Of a stretch of DNA of 64,000 nt, positions 19,657 to 30,144 are shown in pieces. Position 1 is the first letter of the stretch, and each line of letters starts with the position of its first letter. The DNA lies in the NCBI GenBank assembly GCA_965221905.1, contig OZ244922.1:1312001-1376000 (forward strand), in the 5' to 3' direction. The position numbers and the translations under genes are program-made. Origin of the DNA: Chloroflexota bacterium. GTDB taxonomy: Bacteria; Chloroflexota; UBA11872; VXOZ01. Below the pieces are notes generated by a model that saw only the letters and a program-made list of their open reading frames with translations, did not search any database and was not told the DNA's origin.

Positions 19657-21306
19657 TTACCGAATCAAGCCTCGGTTGTCCAGTTCTTCAAGACCGAGTA
19701 GGCCTAACAGAATGACCCTTGGCCCGACTTCAGGATGAAGCTCCATGCGTGCACGCTGGAACCACTGCATCGTGTACGCTCGGCCTGAGCCATCGTCGTT
19801 GAAGTCTCTGAATAGCTCGGAGATCGGGTAACCAAAGGCCTCCAGACCGCCGTTGTTTTCGAAGTACTCCAAGAACGCGCCATGCACAATGTGCTGAGTT
19901 TCTGGGAAGTAGCGGCAATTAGGTGTCGTTCCGCACGGCACCGGCGCAGTCGGGAAGGGACGCAGCGCGGTGGTCAACGTATCCCCAAGCAGCGTCAACT
20001 GCACTTCGTATGGAGTCCCGGCATGCTGGGGATGGTGCTCCATACGGCCTCGCTCGAACCATTGGACACGCAGGCCACTTTCCACAATGGCCTCCGACCG
20101 CGGGAAACCAAAGCGCCCGATACCACCTCTGCTCTCAAAGTGGGTGAGGAAGACACCCTCGACGTTATGACCGGTCTCGCCAAAGAAGCGGGCGCCAGCC
20201 TTGGCCGGTACCGGATCGGCGATACTCGGTGCTCGGGGAGCAACAGGCGCGGGAGCAGGCGCCGCTGGCGCTGGCGCGGGAGCCGGGGCCGGAGCAGCCA
20301 CAGGTGCTGCGGCTATTGCACTTGGAGCCGGAAGCGGCGCCGGTGCATCGGCAACGACCGCGTGATGCATGGGTTCCGTGCTGACTTGCGCCAATGCAGA
20401 ACCGTAATCGGCGTTAACGATCCTCGAGGCGAGTTCTGCACGATAGGGAGTGCCCCAGTAGTTCCGTGAAGCATCCAACGGAACTGAGTCCAGCCAGCGC
20501 AGGTCGAACCGGGCATTGCCGAAGATATTGTTATGCGTAATCGTGTACTCGCCCGGTTTGAGGCTAAGCCCCCCAAAGCCGTTGTAATTGATGGTGTTGT
20601 TGTGGATGACAATATCGGGGTTACCGCCCCGGGATACGGACTCGATACCATCAGTACCGTTGGCGAATATGGTGTTCTGCTCGATTATGCCTTCGTTGAA
20701 CGCGCCAATACCTTGTTCGATGTTCTCGCTGATGTTATTACGGAACAGACGCGTAGTACCTTGGGTGAAGAGAATGCCTGTAGTATTCCTTGTGATCACC
20801 GTATGGAGAACCTCTAATGAGAAGCTCTTGTCACCATCGCCGCCCATCATGTTGTTATGCATTGCGATGCCGTTGTCACGAAAGATGCTAGAAAATACAC
20901 CCGTACCTGAGCCCCAGCCTTGCGTCAATAGACCGACCTTTGCATTGCTAACAATCACCTGATTCAGTACGGCTTTGCCGCCCCGTACCGTGATGGAGTC
21001 CCAGCGTTCGCCTTGGTTTGCCCACGCGAATGTGATCGGCCGACCCTCACGGCCTGTTGCCTCCAACGTGCCGAAGACTTCAATCTTGACGTTAGGCCTC
21101 AGTCGTACGGTTACTCCAGGGTCAATTCTCAGCGTTGAGCCTTTATCTATCTTAAAGCTCTTGGTTACGATGTACGGATCCTTATCGGTTGTCCAGTGGA
21201 CGTCTTCGCTGATATTATCTCTCCACTTCACCTCGGCATGAACTACAGTTGCTGGCCACATAGCCGCCAGCAAGACGGCTACAATGAATAGAAGACGCAG
21301 TCGCAT
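19657..21306 (-). CDS. Secreted protein: right-handed beta-helix, Pro/Ala linker and two Chloroflexi-type 'FxETGH' surface repeats
   Basis: Signal peptide (..VHA|E), LRIDPGVTVR, NNTI..N repeats, A..NYWGT, APAPAPAP linker, FFGETGHNV.G.F...F...GG..RFG.P.SE / YFPETQH repeats. Confidence 0.8.
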   Translation of the reverse strand: MRLRLLFIVAVLLAAMWPATVVHAEVKWRDNISEDVHWTTDKDPYIVTKSFKIDKGSTLRIDPGVTVRLRPNVKIEVFGTLEATGREGRPITFAWANQGERWDSITVRGGKAVLNQVIVSNAKVGLLTQGWGSGTGVFSSIFRDNGIAMHNNMMGGDGDKSFSLEVLHTVITRNTTGILFTQGTTRLFRNNISENIEQGIGAFNEGIIEQNTIFANGTDGIESVSRGGNPDIVIHNNTINYNGFGGLSLKPGEYTITHNNIFGNARFDLRWLDSVPLDASRNYWGTPYRAELASRIVNADYGSALAQVSTEPMHHAVVADAPAPLPAPSAIAAAPVAAPAPAPAPAPAAPAPAPVAPRAPSIADPVPAKAGARFFGETGHNVEGVFLTHFESRGGIGRFGFPRSEAIVESGLRVQWFERGRMEHHPQHAGTPYEVQLTLLGDTLTTALRPFPTAPVPCGTTPNCRYFPETQHIVHGAFLEYFENNGGLEAFGYPISELFRDFNDDGSGRAYTMQWFQRARMELHPEVGPRVILLGLLGLEELDNRGLIR

Positions 21307-21518
21307 AATTTCGCTCCTCTTCGTCCAGCTGTCCTTTTTTCATATAATACACTACTAGACGCTTCGAGATGCATACACCTTTCCGAGAGTCTCTCTTTCA
21401 TTTGGAGTGATTCCTTGATTATAGGGAGTGAGTCCTGTGAATGCAGTGGTTCTTCCAGTCGTTGGTTCAAGGTCAGTGAGAGTTTTGATGTCTTTCTATT
21501 GCAGTTCGAGCTATTGCA

Positions 21519-22613
21519 ATGATGCAAGATGAAGACCGCGAGTACTATGTTGCCCTAAGCATGGTTCCGGATATGGGGCCGGGCCGGATGCATCGTCTGC
21601 TGCGGCACTTTGGCTCCATGGCGTCTGCCTGGAACGCTTCACCGGCAGCCTGGCGAGATGCCGGACTTGAGCCAGACGTCGTCGCCAAGCTTGAACACGC
21701 GCGCGATGAGACTGACCCTGGCCAGGGGCTGAAAGATCTTGCCGAGGCTGGGGTTTCTGTCTTGACATGGGCGGACGACGCATTCCCGCCGCTCTTGCGT
21801 CAGATTCCAAGTCCTCCAATTCTCTTGTACTTGCGCGGAAACTTGAATGCGAGCGACCAATTGGCCGTGGCAATTGTGGGAACGCGCAATGCTACTGCCT
21901 ATGGTCGCAGTGTCACCCGCCGCCTGGCTTCCGACCTCGCTGCCAGCGGCGTAACAGTTGTTAGCGGTTTGGCACGCGGTATAGACGCCGTAGCACACCG
22001 CGCCGCGCTTGAAGTTGGCGGACGCACACTGGCCGTTTTCGGTTGCGGTGTGGATGTTATCTATCCGGCCGAACACCGGCAACTCGCTGAAGAGGTCGTG
22101 GCGCAAGGTGCGCTCATATCGGAGTATCCTCTGGGAAGACAACCGGCTGCGGACCAGTTTCCAGTTCGCAATCGACTGATTAGCGGCCTTTCGCTGGGGG
22201 TTGTGATTACTGAGTCTCGGGAACGGGGCGGCGCGCTGATTACGGCTGAATTTGCGGGGCAGCAAGGGCGCGACGTTTTTGCGGTCCCGGGCAGCATCCT
22301 GACGCAGTCAAGCGCCGGGCCGCACCGTCTCATTCAAGACGGCGCCAAGCTCGTCATGAAGGTCGAAGACATCTTGAGCGAACTCAATATTCACCTGGCT
22401 GCACGGCAGCCTGAGCTCACTGCCGCCGTACCCTTGAGCGCGGAAGAAGAGCAGATACTTGAAGTCCTCGCCGGTGATCCGGTCCACGTCGATGAAATTA
22501 GCGCTCATACCGACATTCCGGTGCAGCAGGTGAGCAGCTTGCTCACGCTGATGGAGGTGCGGGGAGTTGTCCATGTGGTTGGCTCGCTTACGTATGCACG
22601 CGGCAGGCAGTGA
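21519..22613 (+). CDS. dprA: DNA-processing protein DprA
   Basis: AIVGTRNAT.YG, VVSGLARGIDA.AH, FPVRNRLISGLS, GRDVFAVPG, LIQDGAKLV, C-terminal winged helix. Confidence 0.96.
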   Translation: MMQDEDREYYVALSMVPDMGPGRMHRLLRHFGSMASAWNASPAAWRDAGLEPDVVAKLEHARDETDPGQGLKDLAEAGVSVLTWADDAFPPLLRQIPSPPILLYLRGNLNASDQLAVAIVGTRNATAYGRSVTRRLASDLAASGVTVVSGLARGIDAVAHRAALEVGGRTLAVFGCGVDVIYPAEHRQLAEEVVAQGALISEYPLGRQPAADQFPVRNRLISGLSLGVVITESRERGGALITAEFAGQQGRDVFAVPGSILTQSSAGPHRLIQDGAKLVMKVEDILSELNIHLAARQPELTAAVPLSAEEEQILEVLAGDPVHVDEISAHTDIPVQQVSSLLTLMEVRGVVHVVGSLTYARGRQ

Positions 22614-22622
22614 GGCTGGCAG

Positions 22623-22931
22623 ATGAACCCGGATGCACGAAAGCTTCATGATCGGCTGGTGCAGGCGACTGCGGAAGAACAGGAGTTAATGCTGCGCTTT
22701 CTTCTGGGCAAACGCACCGCTGAGATGGGACGGGCGAGCCCTCACCTCGACCTCTTCCTGGCGGAGCTGCAAATCGAACTGCCGGGTGCTATCGAATTGC
22801 TCGGCGATCTGCGCTTCAATCTGGGGAAAAGCCTGCACGGGGAAGTGGCACGGTGGGCGCAAGGCCGGGCGCCTGCTGCTCCGCTCTATCAGAAGGTCAT
22901 TGGCCGGTACCAGGCCCTCTTCCTGCAATGA
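22623..22931 (+). CDS. Hypothetical protein
   Basis: ATG 9 bp after the dprA stop with an RBS-like GAGG; ATGA overlap with the next ORF. Confidence 0.55.
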   Translation: MNPDARKLHDRLVQATAEEQELMLRFLLGKRTAEMGRASPHLDLFLAELQIELPGAIELLGDLRFNLGKSLHGEVARWAQGRAPAAPLYQKVIGRYQALFLQ

Positions 22932-23212
22932 CTAGTCCTATTGGGATCACGTCTCTTGGAAGTGTTCCCTATGCGCGAGCGACGGCCTTGCAGCGGTGTC
23001 TATGGCAAGCCCGGTGTGATGACGCGATTTCAGATACACTGCTGCTCCTCAGCCACCCACCGACAATTTCACTTGGGCGTCGCACAACGGCTGGGGACAT
23101 CTTGGCGGAGCCGGCCGCCGTTTGCCGTGCTGGCGTCAGTGTTTGGTACTCTCGTCGAGTACGTCTCCTATGCCGAACTAAGCAGCATTGTCAGGGGTAT
23201 TCCTCGGCTTGA
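22928..23212 (+). pseudogene. lipB: Truncated lipoyl(octanoyl) transferase LipB
   Basis: LG.VPY..A.ALQ, DTLLLLSHPPTISLGRR match the LipB N-terminus; similarity stops before the RGG..TYHGPGQ motif (~23157). Confidence 0.72.
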
Positions 23213-23444
23213 CGAGCTTTTTCAGGTTGGATCGGACTTGGCGGTGCAGCGTTGACATTCTCTCACTGAGTGCGGTGTTTGGTGTCAGATCCGCTTTAGT
23301 AGCCTGTATTCTGAAGCCAATTGGACTCAATCTGTCAGAAAATGAGATGCGTGGGCCAGCAATCTGAGGCCTGACTCTAGCGAGGTTGCGAGAACTCAAT
23401 CGCCGTGCCATAATAGGGCAAAAGTTTGCGCTGTGAGGATTGCA

Positions 23445-23693
23445 ATGCCAAGACTTGACATCTTCTTCCAGGTTCCCGTGTTCATCGAATGGGGAAATGA
23501 CTTTGCATCGAGCTTGACCTTTGTGGCGACCGCTACGAACTATGGGTTGTTTACTGCGGTGATGTTGGCATTGCTCACCATTCTCCTTGTGTCACTGGAC
23601 TTCTTGGTCTTTCAATTCCGCCGCAAGAAGCTGTGGATTGACTGGGACAAACCCGAGACGCCTTATCGTCCCCAACCATACGACGGCCCCTAA
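23445..23693 (+). CDS. Small hypothetical membrane protein
   Basis: One hydrophobic segment followed by RRKK; GAGG before the ATG. Confidence 0.55.
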   Translation: MPRLDIFFQVPVFIEWGNDFASSLTFVATATNYGLFTAVMLALLTILLVSLDFLVFQFRRKKLWIDWDKPETPYRPQPYDGP

Positions 23694-24123
23694 GTTAGTT
23701 AGGCGACTGTCTACCAACTGGCAACGGGGAATTGAAGTCTTGCTCGCTGCAGCAGTATCAGCCAACAGTACTGGAATGACCTGTCAAAGCTCGCAGCGCC
23801 GCTATCGGTGAGCACCATCTACTAACTTGCGCCTCCTGTCGCAATCAGCCTCACAATCTCTGCTGGCGTTGAGCTGCTGGAAACGTAATTAACAAAACAG
23901 ATGCAGCAACCCTCTTTCCGCTTTCTGAAGCTCTCCCACACCCGATCTGCAAAACAAACGCACTCATGGGAGTATGCTCAAGCGCTGGGAGTATAGATCT
24001 TTGGTGCAAGTAGGTGACGGCCCAATGCACTTTGACGCTGTATCGGCAAAGCAGCTTGAGTAACCCCGTGAGAAGTCGAGATAAGAGTGCTTCCCTCTTA
24101 ACGCCACACGGTGAATTGCGGAA

Positions 24124-25146
24124 ATGTCAGATGTAGATAAAACCAAGAGCAGTCGCCGGCTGGTTTTCCCAGGCCCGCAGGAAGTCGCTTGGGAGGAGTA
24201 CCCGGTGTTGCCGCCGCAGTGTGGCGAGTTATCGGTCGAGACTCGTCGTTCGTTGATCAGCATCGGCACTGAGTTGGCCTTCTTCTCCGGTCGACAATGG
24301 ACGAACCCCGGCACAGGTGTCTTGCCAAAGTACCCGGCGTACCCAGGGTACTCGAATGCCGGTGTGGTGGTAGAAGCTGGTGAAGGAACAGCGCCGTGGC
24401 AGGCAGGTGAGCGCATTGCCAGTTCCGCTAAACATGCCACGCTTCAGATTCTTTCCAACCTCGATGGGCCTGTCTTGGTCGCTCAATCGGTAACCGATGA
24501 GGAAGCCACGTTTTGTACCCTTGGCGCTACCGTGCTCAACGCGTACCGGCGTGGAGCGCCGCAGCTTGGCGAATGCGCTGTGGTTGTAGGCCAAGGCATT
24601 CTCGGTCAGCTTGCGGTTCAGTTACTGCGTCTTGGAGGCTGCGAGCCGGTGATTGCGGTTGATCTCGAGCCGTCACGGCTTGCACTGGCACAGCGAGTTG
24701 GAGCCGCGTCCCACTACCTCACTCCCGGGGTAGACGACGTGGTTGGGGCAATTCATGATTTGACAGCCGGACGCGGGGCGGACATCGTATTCGAGGCAAC
24801 CGGCCGTACAGAGACCTATGACTTTACGTTTGCATTAACCCGGCCCCACGGGCGCGTGGTCGGACTTGGCTCTCCGCGCTACCCTGCGCAGGTTGACATG
24901 CAGCAGGTGCACATCAAGCCGCTGCAGCTAATTGGCGCCATCGGCAACCACCCCAGTGTGGAAACCAAAGAAAACCGGTGGACACGCGGCGCGCACACTG
25001 CCTTGTTCATGCAACTCTTGGCGCAAGAACGAGTGAACGTCCGCGATCTCATCACCCACCGCGTCCCCGCGCAAAGCGCGCCGGAGGTCTATCCAAGGCT
25101 TCTCGATGACCGCACGTCGTATCTGGGTGTGATATTGGAGTGGTAG
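24124..25146 (+). CDS. MDR-superfamily ('zinc-binding') dehydrogenase
   Basis: SLISIGTE, YPGYS.AG.V, VGQGILGQ, GRGADIVFEATG, LITHR. Confidence 0.88.
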   Translation: MSDVDKTKSSRRLVFPGPQEVAWEEYPVLPPQCGELSVETRRSLISIGTELAFFSGRQWTNPGTGVLPKYPAYPGYSNAGVVVEAGEGTAPWQAGERIASSAKHATLQILSNLDGPVLVAQSVTDEEATFCTLGATVLNAYRRGAPQLGECAVVVGQGILGQLAVQLLRLGGCEPVIAVDLEPSRLALAQRVGAASHYLTPGVDDVVGAIHDLTAGRGADIVFEATGRTETYDFTFALTRPHGRVVGLGSPRYPAQVDMQQVHIKPLQLIGAIGNHPSVETKENRWTRGAHTALFMQLLAQERVNVRDLITHRVPAQSAPEVYPRLLDDRTSYLGVILEW

Positions 25147-25198
25147 CGAACTCCCACCGGTGGTGGAGAACTCCCGCCGAAGGGCGAGCTATCTATCT

Positions 25199-26206
25199 CT
25201 ACTGCCAATCGAACAAGACTCCCAGGGATTCCTCCTCACCTTTCGCGAGCATGGCGTAGATGGCGGATGCTTGCGTAGGAGGCGCGACGTGCGTAATCAA
25301 ATGCTCGACGTTGAGGGCACCGTTCTCGAGCATAGTTAGATAGAGCTGGCGGTGGCGCTGCTGAGTCCAAGGCGCCTGCGGTGTTGCCTCTGTGGGCGTG
25401 AGCGGCTGAAACATCCCCATTAGCGTGAGGTCTCGTCGGAAGAAATCTGCGTAGAGGTTTAGCTCCGCTTTGCCCATAGGGCCCCCCAGCATCACGATGA
25501 TGCCGCGTGTAGCAGCCACGCGCAGGCTTGTCGGCAGTGCATGGGGCACTGGCGTGGCGTCGTACACGCGCTCGACACCGTTGCCGTCGGTAACCGCCAT
25601 GACGGCAGCGTATACGTCTTCGCGCTCAGCATTCAACGTCAAGTCAGCGCCGCTGAGCCTAGCCTTATCGAGTCTAGAATCGACCACGTCGGTGGCGATC
25701 ACCGGGCTGCACGCGGACGCCTTGAGAAACTGAACAACCAGTTGTCCGACAACGCCTTGTCCGGCTACCAACGCTGCTTGCCCCACTTCCGGCGGGGCGC
25801 GGCGCACACCGGCCAGGGCAACCTGCGCCAGCACACTAAGCGCGGCGTGATCGGACGCTACACCCGGCGGAATCCGTTGAATAGCGTCTTCGCCTACGGT
25901 GCGCAGGTAGTGACTCGCATGGTTGGCCATGGTGAGAATGCGATCGCCGGTTTGAAACGAGTCAACACCTGGGCCAAGCTCCAGTACCGAACCGACGCTT
26001 GCATAACCCGGCCGGACCGGGAACGGACGCTGGGGTACGCCGGAGTCTGCATATTCATTCATATAACGCTTCCGTTCCGTCCCGGCGCTGATGGCGCTAA
26101 ATTCGGCTCGTACCAGTATCTGGCCGGGCCCGGGGCTCGGGACGGGGAACTCTTCCAGTGCGGCCGCGAACGCACGCGGGAAGACGACGACTCTACCGGT
26201 TTGCAC
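25199..26206 (-). CDS. MDR-superfamily ('zinc-binding') dehydrogenase
   Basis: SAISAGTE, RPGYA.VG.V, AGQGVVGQ, LITH; paralog of the convergent neighbour. Confidence 0.88.
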   Translation of the reverse strand: MQTGRVVVFPRAFAAALEEFPVPSPGPGQILVRAEFSAISAGTERKRYMNEYADSGVPQRPFPVRPGYASVGSVLELGPGVDSFQTGDRILTMANHASHYLRTVGEDAIQRIPPGVASDHAALSVLAQVALAGVRRAPPEVGQAALVAGQGVVGQLVVQFLKASACSPVIATDVVDSRLDKARLSGADLTLNAEREDVYAAVMAVTDGNGVERVYDATPVPHALPTSLRVAATRGIIVMLGGPMGKAELNLYADFFRRDLTLMGMFQPLTPTEATPQAPWTQQRHRQLYLTMLENGALNVEHLITHVAPPTQASAIYAMLAKGEEESLGVLFDWQ

Positions 26207-26421
26207 AAGGGCTCTCCTTTTGCTCGATCATTGAGTCGGGCTTCAAGCGAAGTGTGCTCTCTTTATCTGACAACCTTACGCGGCTACGGAGGTTGGCGAC
26301 ACATTGCCGTGACTAATTGCGACAAAATCCGGCAATTGGGCGCTCTCCAGGCAGCCGGTCGGTCCTGCTTCTCAAACTGAGATCTAAGACAACAGGCGAA
26401 GGCGGCAAAAGCGCCTGATAC

Positions 26422-27534
26422 CTAAAGGAATACCATGTTGTTGCGGTGGACAGCTTCATCACCGAAGAACTCGGGGAGCAGCCTGGTGATTTCGCTGGAT
26501 TTCCTGCCCATGATCTTGCGTATATCGTCGGATGGATAGTTCGCAAGACCGCAGGCAAAGGCATCCCCGCCGTCAACGCGTATCTCTACCGTATCCCCGC
26601 GATCGAAGGTGCCCTCCACCGCGATGATACCCGCGGGCAAGAGGCTGCGTCCGTTTTCCAGCAGCGCATCCGCCGCACCGGCATCGACAATAATACGGTG
26701 GCCGCGCGCGAGATCGGAAGCCATCCAGGCATCTCGCAAGCTCTTGGTTCGGCTGACTTTGCTCGCGAACCGCGTGCCCAATTGCTCTCCGGCAGCAATA
26801 GCCAGGATCACATCGGGAATAGTGCCTTGACAAATTACTACGTCGGTGCCCGCGGCGGTAGCCATGCGGGCGGCCTTGATCTTGGTCGCCATACCGCCCA
26901 CACTACTGGTGGAGCCGGCGCCGCCTGCCATGGCTTCGACTTCGCGCGTAATACTTGCCACTACCGGCACGTGCGTCGCGGAGGCATTGCTGCGCGGATC
27001 CGCCGTGTACAATCCCTTGATGTCGGTCAACAAGACGAGGAGATCGGCGTCCACCAGATTTGCAACGAGGGCGGAGAGCGTATCGTTGTCGCCGATTTGA
27101 TGCAGTTCGGCGACGGCAACCACGTCATTTTCGTTGCAAATTGGTAATACGTCCGCCTCCAGTAGACCCAGGAGCGTGTTGCGCGCATTGAGGTAGCCGT
27201 CGCGTTGCAATTCCGTCCGCGTGAAAAGGGCTTGGGCCACCGCAATGCCATAGGGGGCGCAAAATTCCGCATAGGTGCGCATGAGGAGGGGCTGACCGAT
27301 GGCGGCGAGAATCTGACGAACGGGAATTCCTTTACCGCTTGGAGGAGGCATTCCTGCGCTAGAGCCTGCCGCCACGGCGCCTGAAGTGACCAACACCACC
27401 TGCTTGCCCTGCTCGCGAAGAGCGGCAATTTGGCGCACAAAGTCGGCCATGCGCTCTCGATTGAGCTGCTTGCCACTGTGTGTGAGAAGATTCGTGCCGA
27501 CTTTGACGACAATTCGTTGTAGTGATGTTGACAT
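26422..27534 (-). CDS. proB: Glutamate 5-kinase
   Basis: VVKVGTN, VTSGAV, PICNENDVV, GDNDTLSA, GGMATKIKAA, PUA domain SLLPAG, VHRNNMV. Confidence 0.96.
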   Translation of the reverse strand: MSTSLQRIVVKVGTNLLTHSGKQLNRERMADFVRQIAALREQGKQVVLVTSGAVAAGSSAGMPPPSGKGIPVRQILAAIGQPLLMRTYAEFCAPYGIAVAQALFTRTELQRDGYLNARNTLLGLLEADVLPICNENDVVAVAELHQIGDNDTLSALVANLVDADLLVLLTDIKGLYTADPRSNASATHVPVVASITREVEAMAGGAGSTSSVGGMATKIKAARMATAAGTDVVICQGTIPDVILAIAAGEQLGTRFASKVSRTKSLRDAWMASDLARGHRIIVDAGAADALLENGRSLLPAGIIAVEGTFDRGDTVEIRVDGGDAFACGLANYPSDDIRKIMGRKSSEITRLLPEFFGDEAVHRNNMVFL

Positions 27535-27705
27535 GCTACGGTTTCCGCAGATTTGGGTGGGATTCGCTACCTACTGAAACAGGATACCAAGCCTGCCGTG
27601 TTGCAGGAAAGTAGAGGGTTTGGGCAAGATAGTGTTAGCATGGTAATCTTTGGCGAGGGCCGCAAGCACTGTCGGCCAATGAATGCAGGGCTAGGGAATG
27701 AGATT

Positions 27706-28398
27706 ATGTACATTCAATTTATCGGTCTGATGCTGGGCGCGTACGTACTTGGGGCGTTCCCGTTTGTTTACTTGCTGGGGCGGCTCTCCGGAGTAGACCT
27801 GCGGGTTGAGGGCAGTCAGAATGTCGGCGGCACCAATTTGTTTCGAACGGTTGGGCCGCTTACGGGCGTCGTTGGTGCTTTGCTGGATATCGGCAAGGGC
27901 TTGCTGCCGGTCTTGGCGGCACTAGCGCTCGATTTCAATGAGGGCGTTGCAGGGCTGGCGGCGATTGCGGCGGTTACGGGGCAATGTTGGCCGATCTTTC
28001 TTCGTTTTCACGGAGGCCGCGGCATTTCTGTGGTGGGTGGTGCAGTAATTGCCTCTTCGCCTCTGACTTTTGTCTGGGCGATCTTGCCAACCGTAGCCGG
28101 TCTTGCGGTATATATCGTCACGAAGCGCCGTCAGCAGCAGGATGCAGCCGCTATTTTTGGGAAGGACAGCAAGGACAGCCGCAGCGTTCCCTTGCTCATG
28201 ATGATCTCGGTCATTTCCCTGCCTTTTTTGGCTGCCGTACTTGGCGAGACATCCTCAGTAGCGCTCACGTTTGCGGTGCTCTCGCTGATCGTCATCTTGC
28301 GCCGTTTGACTGCTGGACTGCGCCAAGACCGCGGCTCCACAATCCCGCTCTTTACGCGCTTGCTCAATCGGTTTCTCTATGACCGCGCCCAGGTCTAG
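27706..28398 (+). CDS. plsY: Glycerol-3-phosphate acyltransferase PlsY
   Basis: YVLGAFPF, DLR..GS.NVGGTN..R, DIGKG, WPIFLRFHGGRG; probable start MYIQF. Confidence 0.85.
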   Translation: MYIQFIGLMLGAYVLGAFPFVYLLGRLSGVDLRVEGSQNVGGTNLFRTVGPLTGVVGALLDIGKGLLPVLAALALDFNEGVAGLAAIAAVTGQCWPIFLRFHGGRGISVVGGAVIASSPLTFVWAILPTVAGLAVYIVTKRRQQQDAAAIFGKDSKDSRSVPLLMMISVISLPFLAAVLGETSSVALTFAVLSLIVILRRLTAGLRQDRGSTIPLFTRLLNRFLYDRAQV

Positions 28399-28422
28399 GC
28401 GATGGTTGAAAGAGAGATTCTC

Positions 28423-30144
28423 TCAATAGCCAAGCGCTGCCGAGGTCGGATAGTATGGGTCGGCAGCGCCGATGAGCGAACTTCCACGCTGCTGGATAGC
28501 GACCGGACTGGCAAAGTAACGCGGTAGGAAAGCTTCTTCCGCCACGATGATGTTGTGGCCGCGGCGCTTGAGTTCCGCGCAAACGGCTGGATCGATCCGA
28601 ACGCTCAGGATAGGGTTCAAGGTACTGCAATCGATGCGCGGGGCGTTAATGGCAGCCTGGATGTCCTGATCGAAGTCCACCAGATTGATGGCGAGTTGGG
28701 CCACGGTGTTGATAATGCGCCGCCCGCCGGAGGCGCCCAATGCGGCGAGCGCCTTGCCGTCGCGTTGCAGCACTATCGGGCACATATTGTTGAGCGGCTT
28801 CTTGCCGCCTTCCGTGGAATTGCTCGTGCCCGGCTCCGGGTTGTACCACATCATGCCGTTGTTGAGCAGCACGCCGGCGCCCGGCACGACCACACGCGAG
28901 CCCCAGGCCGAGAGCAACGTCTGCGTGAGCGCCACCGCATTGCCCGCGCCGTCCATTGCGGCGAGATGGGTAGTAGACTCGGCGGATGAACTGGCCGACG
29001 GGCTCGAATCCGGCGCGCCGCTGCCTGCCTGAAATTGCCATGGGTCACCGGGCGCGCGCTCTGTTTGGGCCTCATGGGGATTGATCATCTGGGACATTGC
29101 TGCGGCGTATTCCTTGGAAAGGAGACCGTCGAGGGGTACCGGCACACGCGTTGGGTCTGCCATGTACGCAAAGCGATCGGCAAACGCTTGGCCGGAGGCT
29201 TCAATGAAGGCGTGCAGGTAGTCGGCTGAGTTGTGGCCGGACGCGCGTACGTCGAAATTCTCCAGGATGTTGAGAATCCCCATCACGGTGGGCGCGCCGG
29301 TGCCGCCCCGCATGCCGATGACGTTTGCGCCGCGGTACGCGCCCAAGACGGATTCCGCATGGACTGTCGCTTCATATTGGGCAAGATCGTCGGTCGAGAG
29401 TATGCCGCCATTTTGCCGGACATGGTCGGCAATCTGCTCGCCCAGCTTCCCCCCGTAGAGTACTGCAGGGCCGTTCTCTGCGATGGCGCGCAGCGTTGCG
29501 CCCAATTCAGGTTGGTGGAGCATGCCTGCCGCTCCCGGTTCTGTTAAGTATGGCAAGCGATGGGGATAGCCATTACGAAGCAACGTGGCTGCTGTGGCGG
29601 GAAACCGGTTGAGCAACTCAAGGTCCTGCGCCTGCCACATGGTCTCAAACCAGGAGAGCGAATAACCTTCTTCCGCAAGACGAATGGCCGGCGCCACGGC
29701 CCGGTCAAGCCCAATCGTGCCGAATTGCTCCAGCGCTGCCGCCATACCGGCCACCATGCCCGGAATGGCAATCGACTTGTAACCGTGAATGTTGGCGTTG
29801 TCTTTGACCAAGCGCCAGCCGAAGAGCTCGTTGTCGTAGCCTTCTACCAGTTCCCACATGTCCGGGTTTGCCGCCTGCGGCGCTTGCATCGGAAAAGCCA
29901 CGACTACCTGTTGCTGCGTTTCTCGGAGGAAGATGGTCATGTAACCGCCCCCGCCGACGCCGCTCATGGGCGGCTCCACCACGCCCGCGGCAAAAGCGGT
30001 CGCGACTGCGGCATCCACCGCGTTTCCGCCGGCCTGCAGCACTTCCAGTCCCGCCTGAGCTGCCAGGCGATGTTTCGCCGCTACCATTCCCGATTGTGCC
30101 GTGGCTGCCTGCACGTGCGCTTCCCATTGCGTTTCCTTGGCCAT
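28423..30144 (-). CDS. ggt: Gamma-glutamyltransferase
   Basis: GGNAVDAAVA, SGVGGGG, TTHL (catalytic Thr), LLNNGM, GASGG.RI. Confidence 0.93.
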   Translation of the reverse strand: MAKETQWEAHVQAATAQSGMVAAKHRLAAQAGLEVLQAGGNAVDAAVATAFAAGVVEPPMSGVGGGGYMTIFLRETQQQVVVAFPMQAPQAANPDMWELVEGYDNELFGWRLVKDNANIHGYKSIAIPGMVAGMAAALEQFGTIGLDRAVAPAIRLAEEGYSLSWFETMWQAQDLELLNRFPATAATLLRNGYPHRLPYLTEPGAAGMLHQPELGATLRAIAENGPAVLYGGKLGEQIADHVRQNGGILSTDDLAQYEATVHAESVLGAYRGANVIGMRGGTGAPTVMGILNILENFDVRASGHNSADYLHAFIEASGQAFADRFAYMADPTRVPVPLDGLLSKEYAAAMSQMINPHEAQTERAPGDPWQFQAGSGAPDSSPSASSSAESTTHLAAMDGAGNAVALTQTLLSAWGSRVVVPGAGVLLNNGMMWYNPEPGTSNSTEGGKKPLNNMCPIVLQRDGKALAALGASGGRRIINTVAQLAINLVDFDQDIQAAINAPRIDCSTLNPILSVRIDPAVCAELKRRGHNIIVAEEAFLPRYFASPVAIQQRGSSLIGAADPYYPTSAALGY

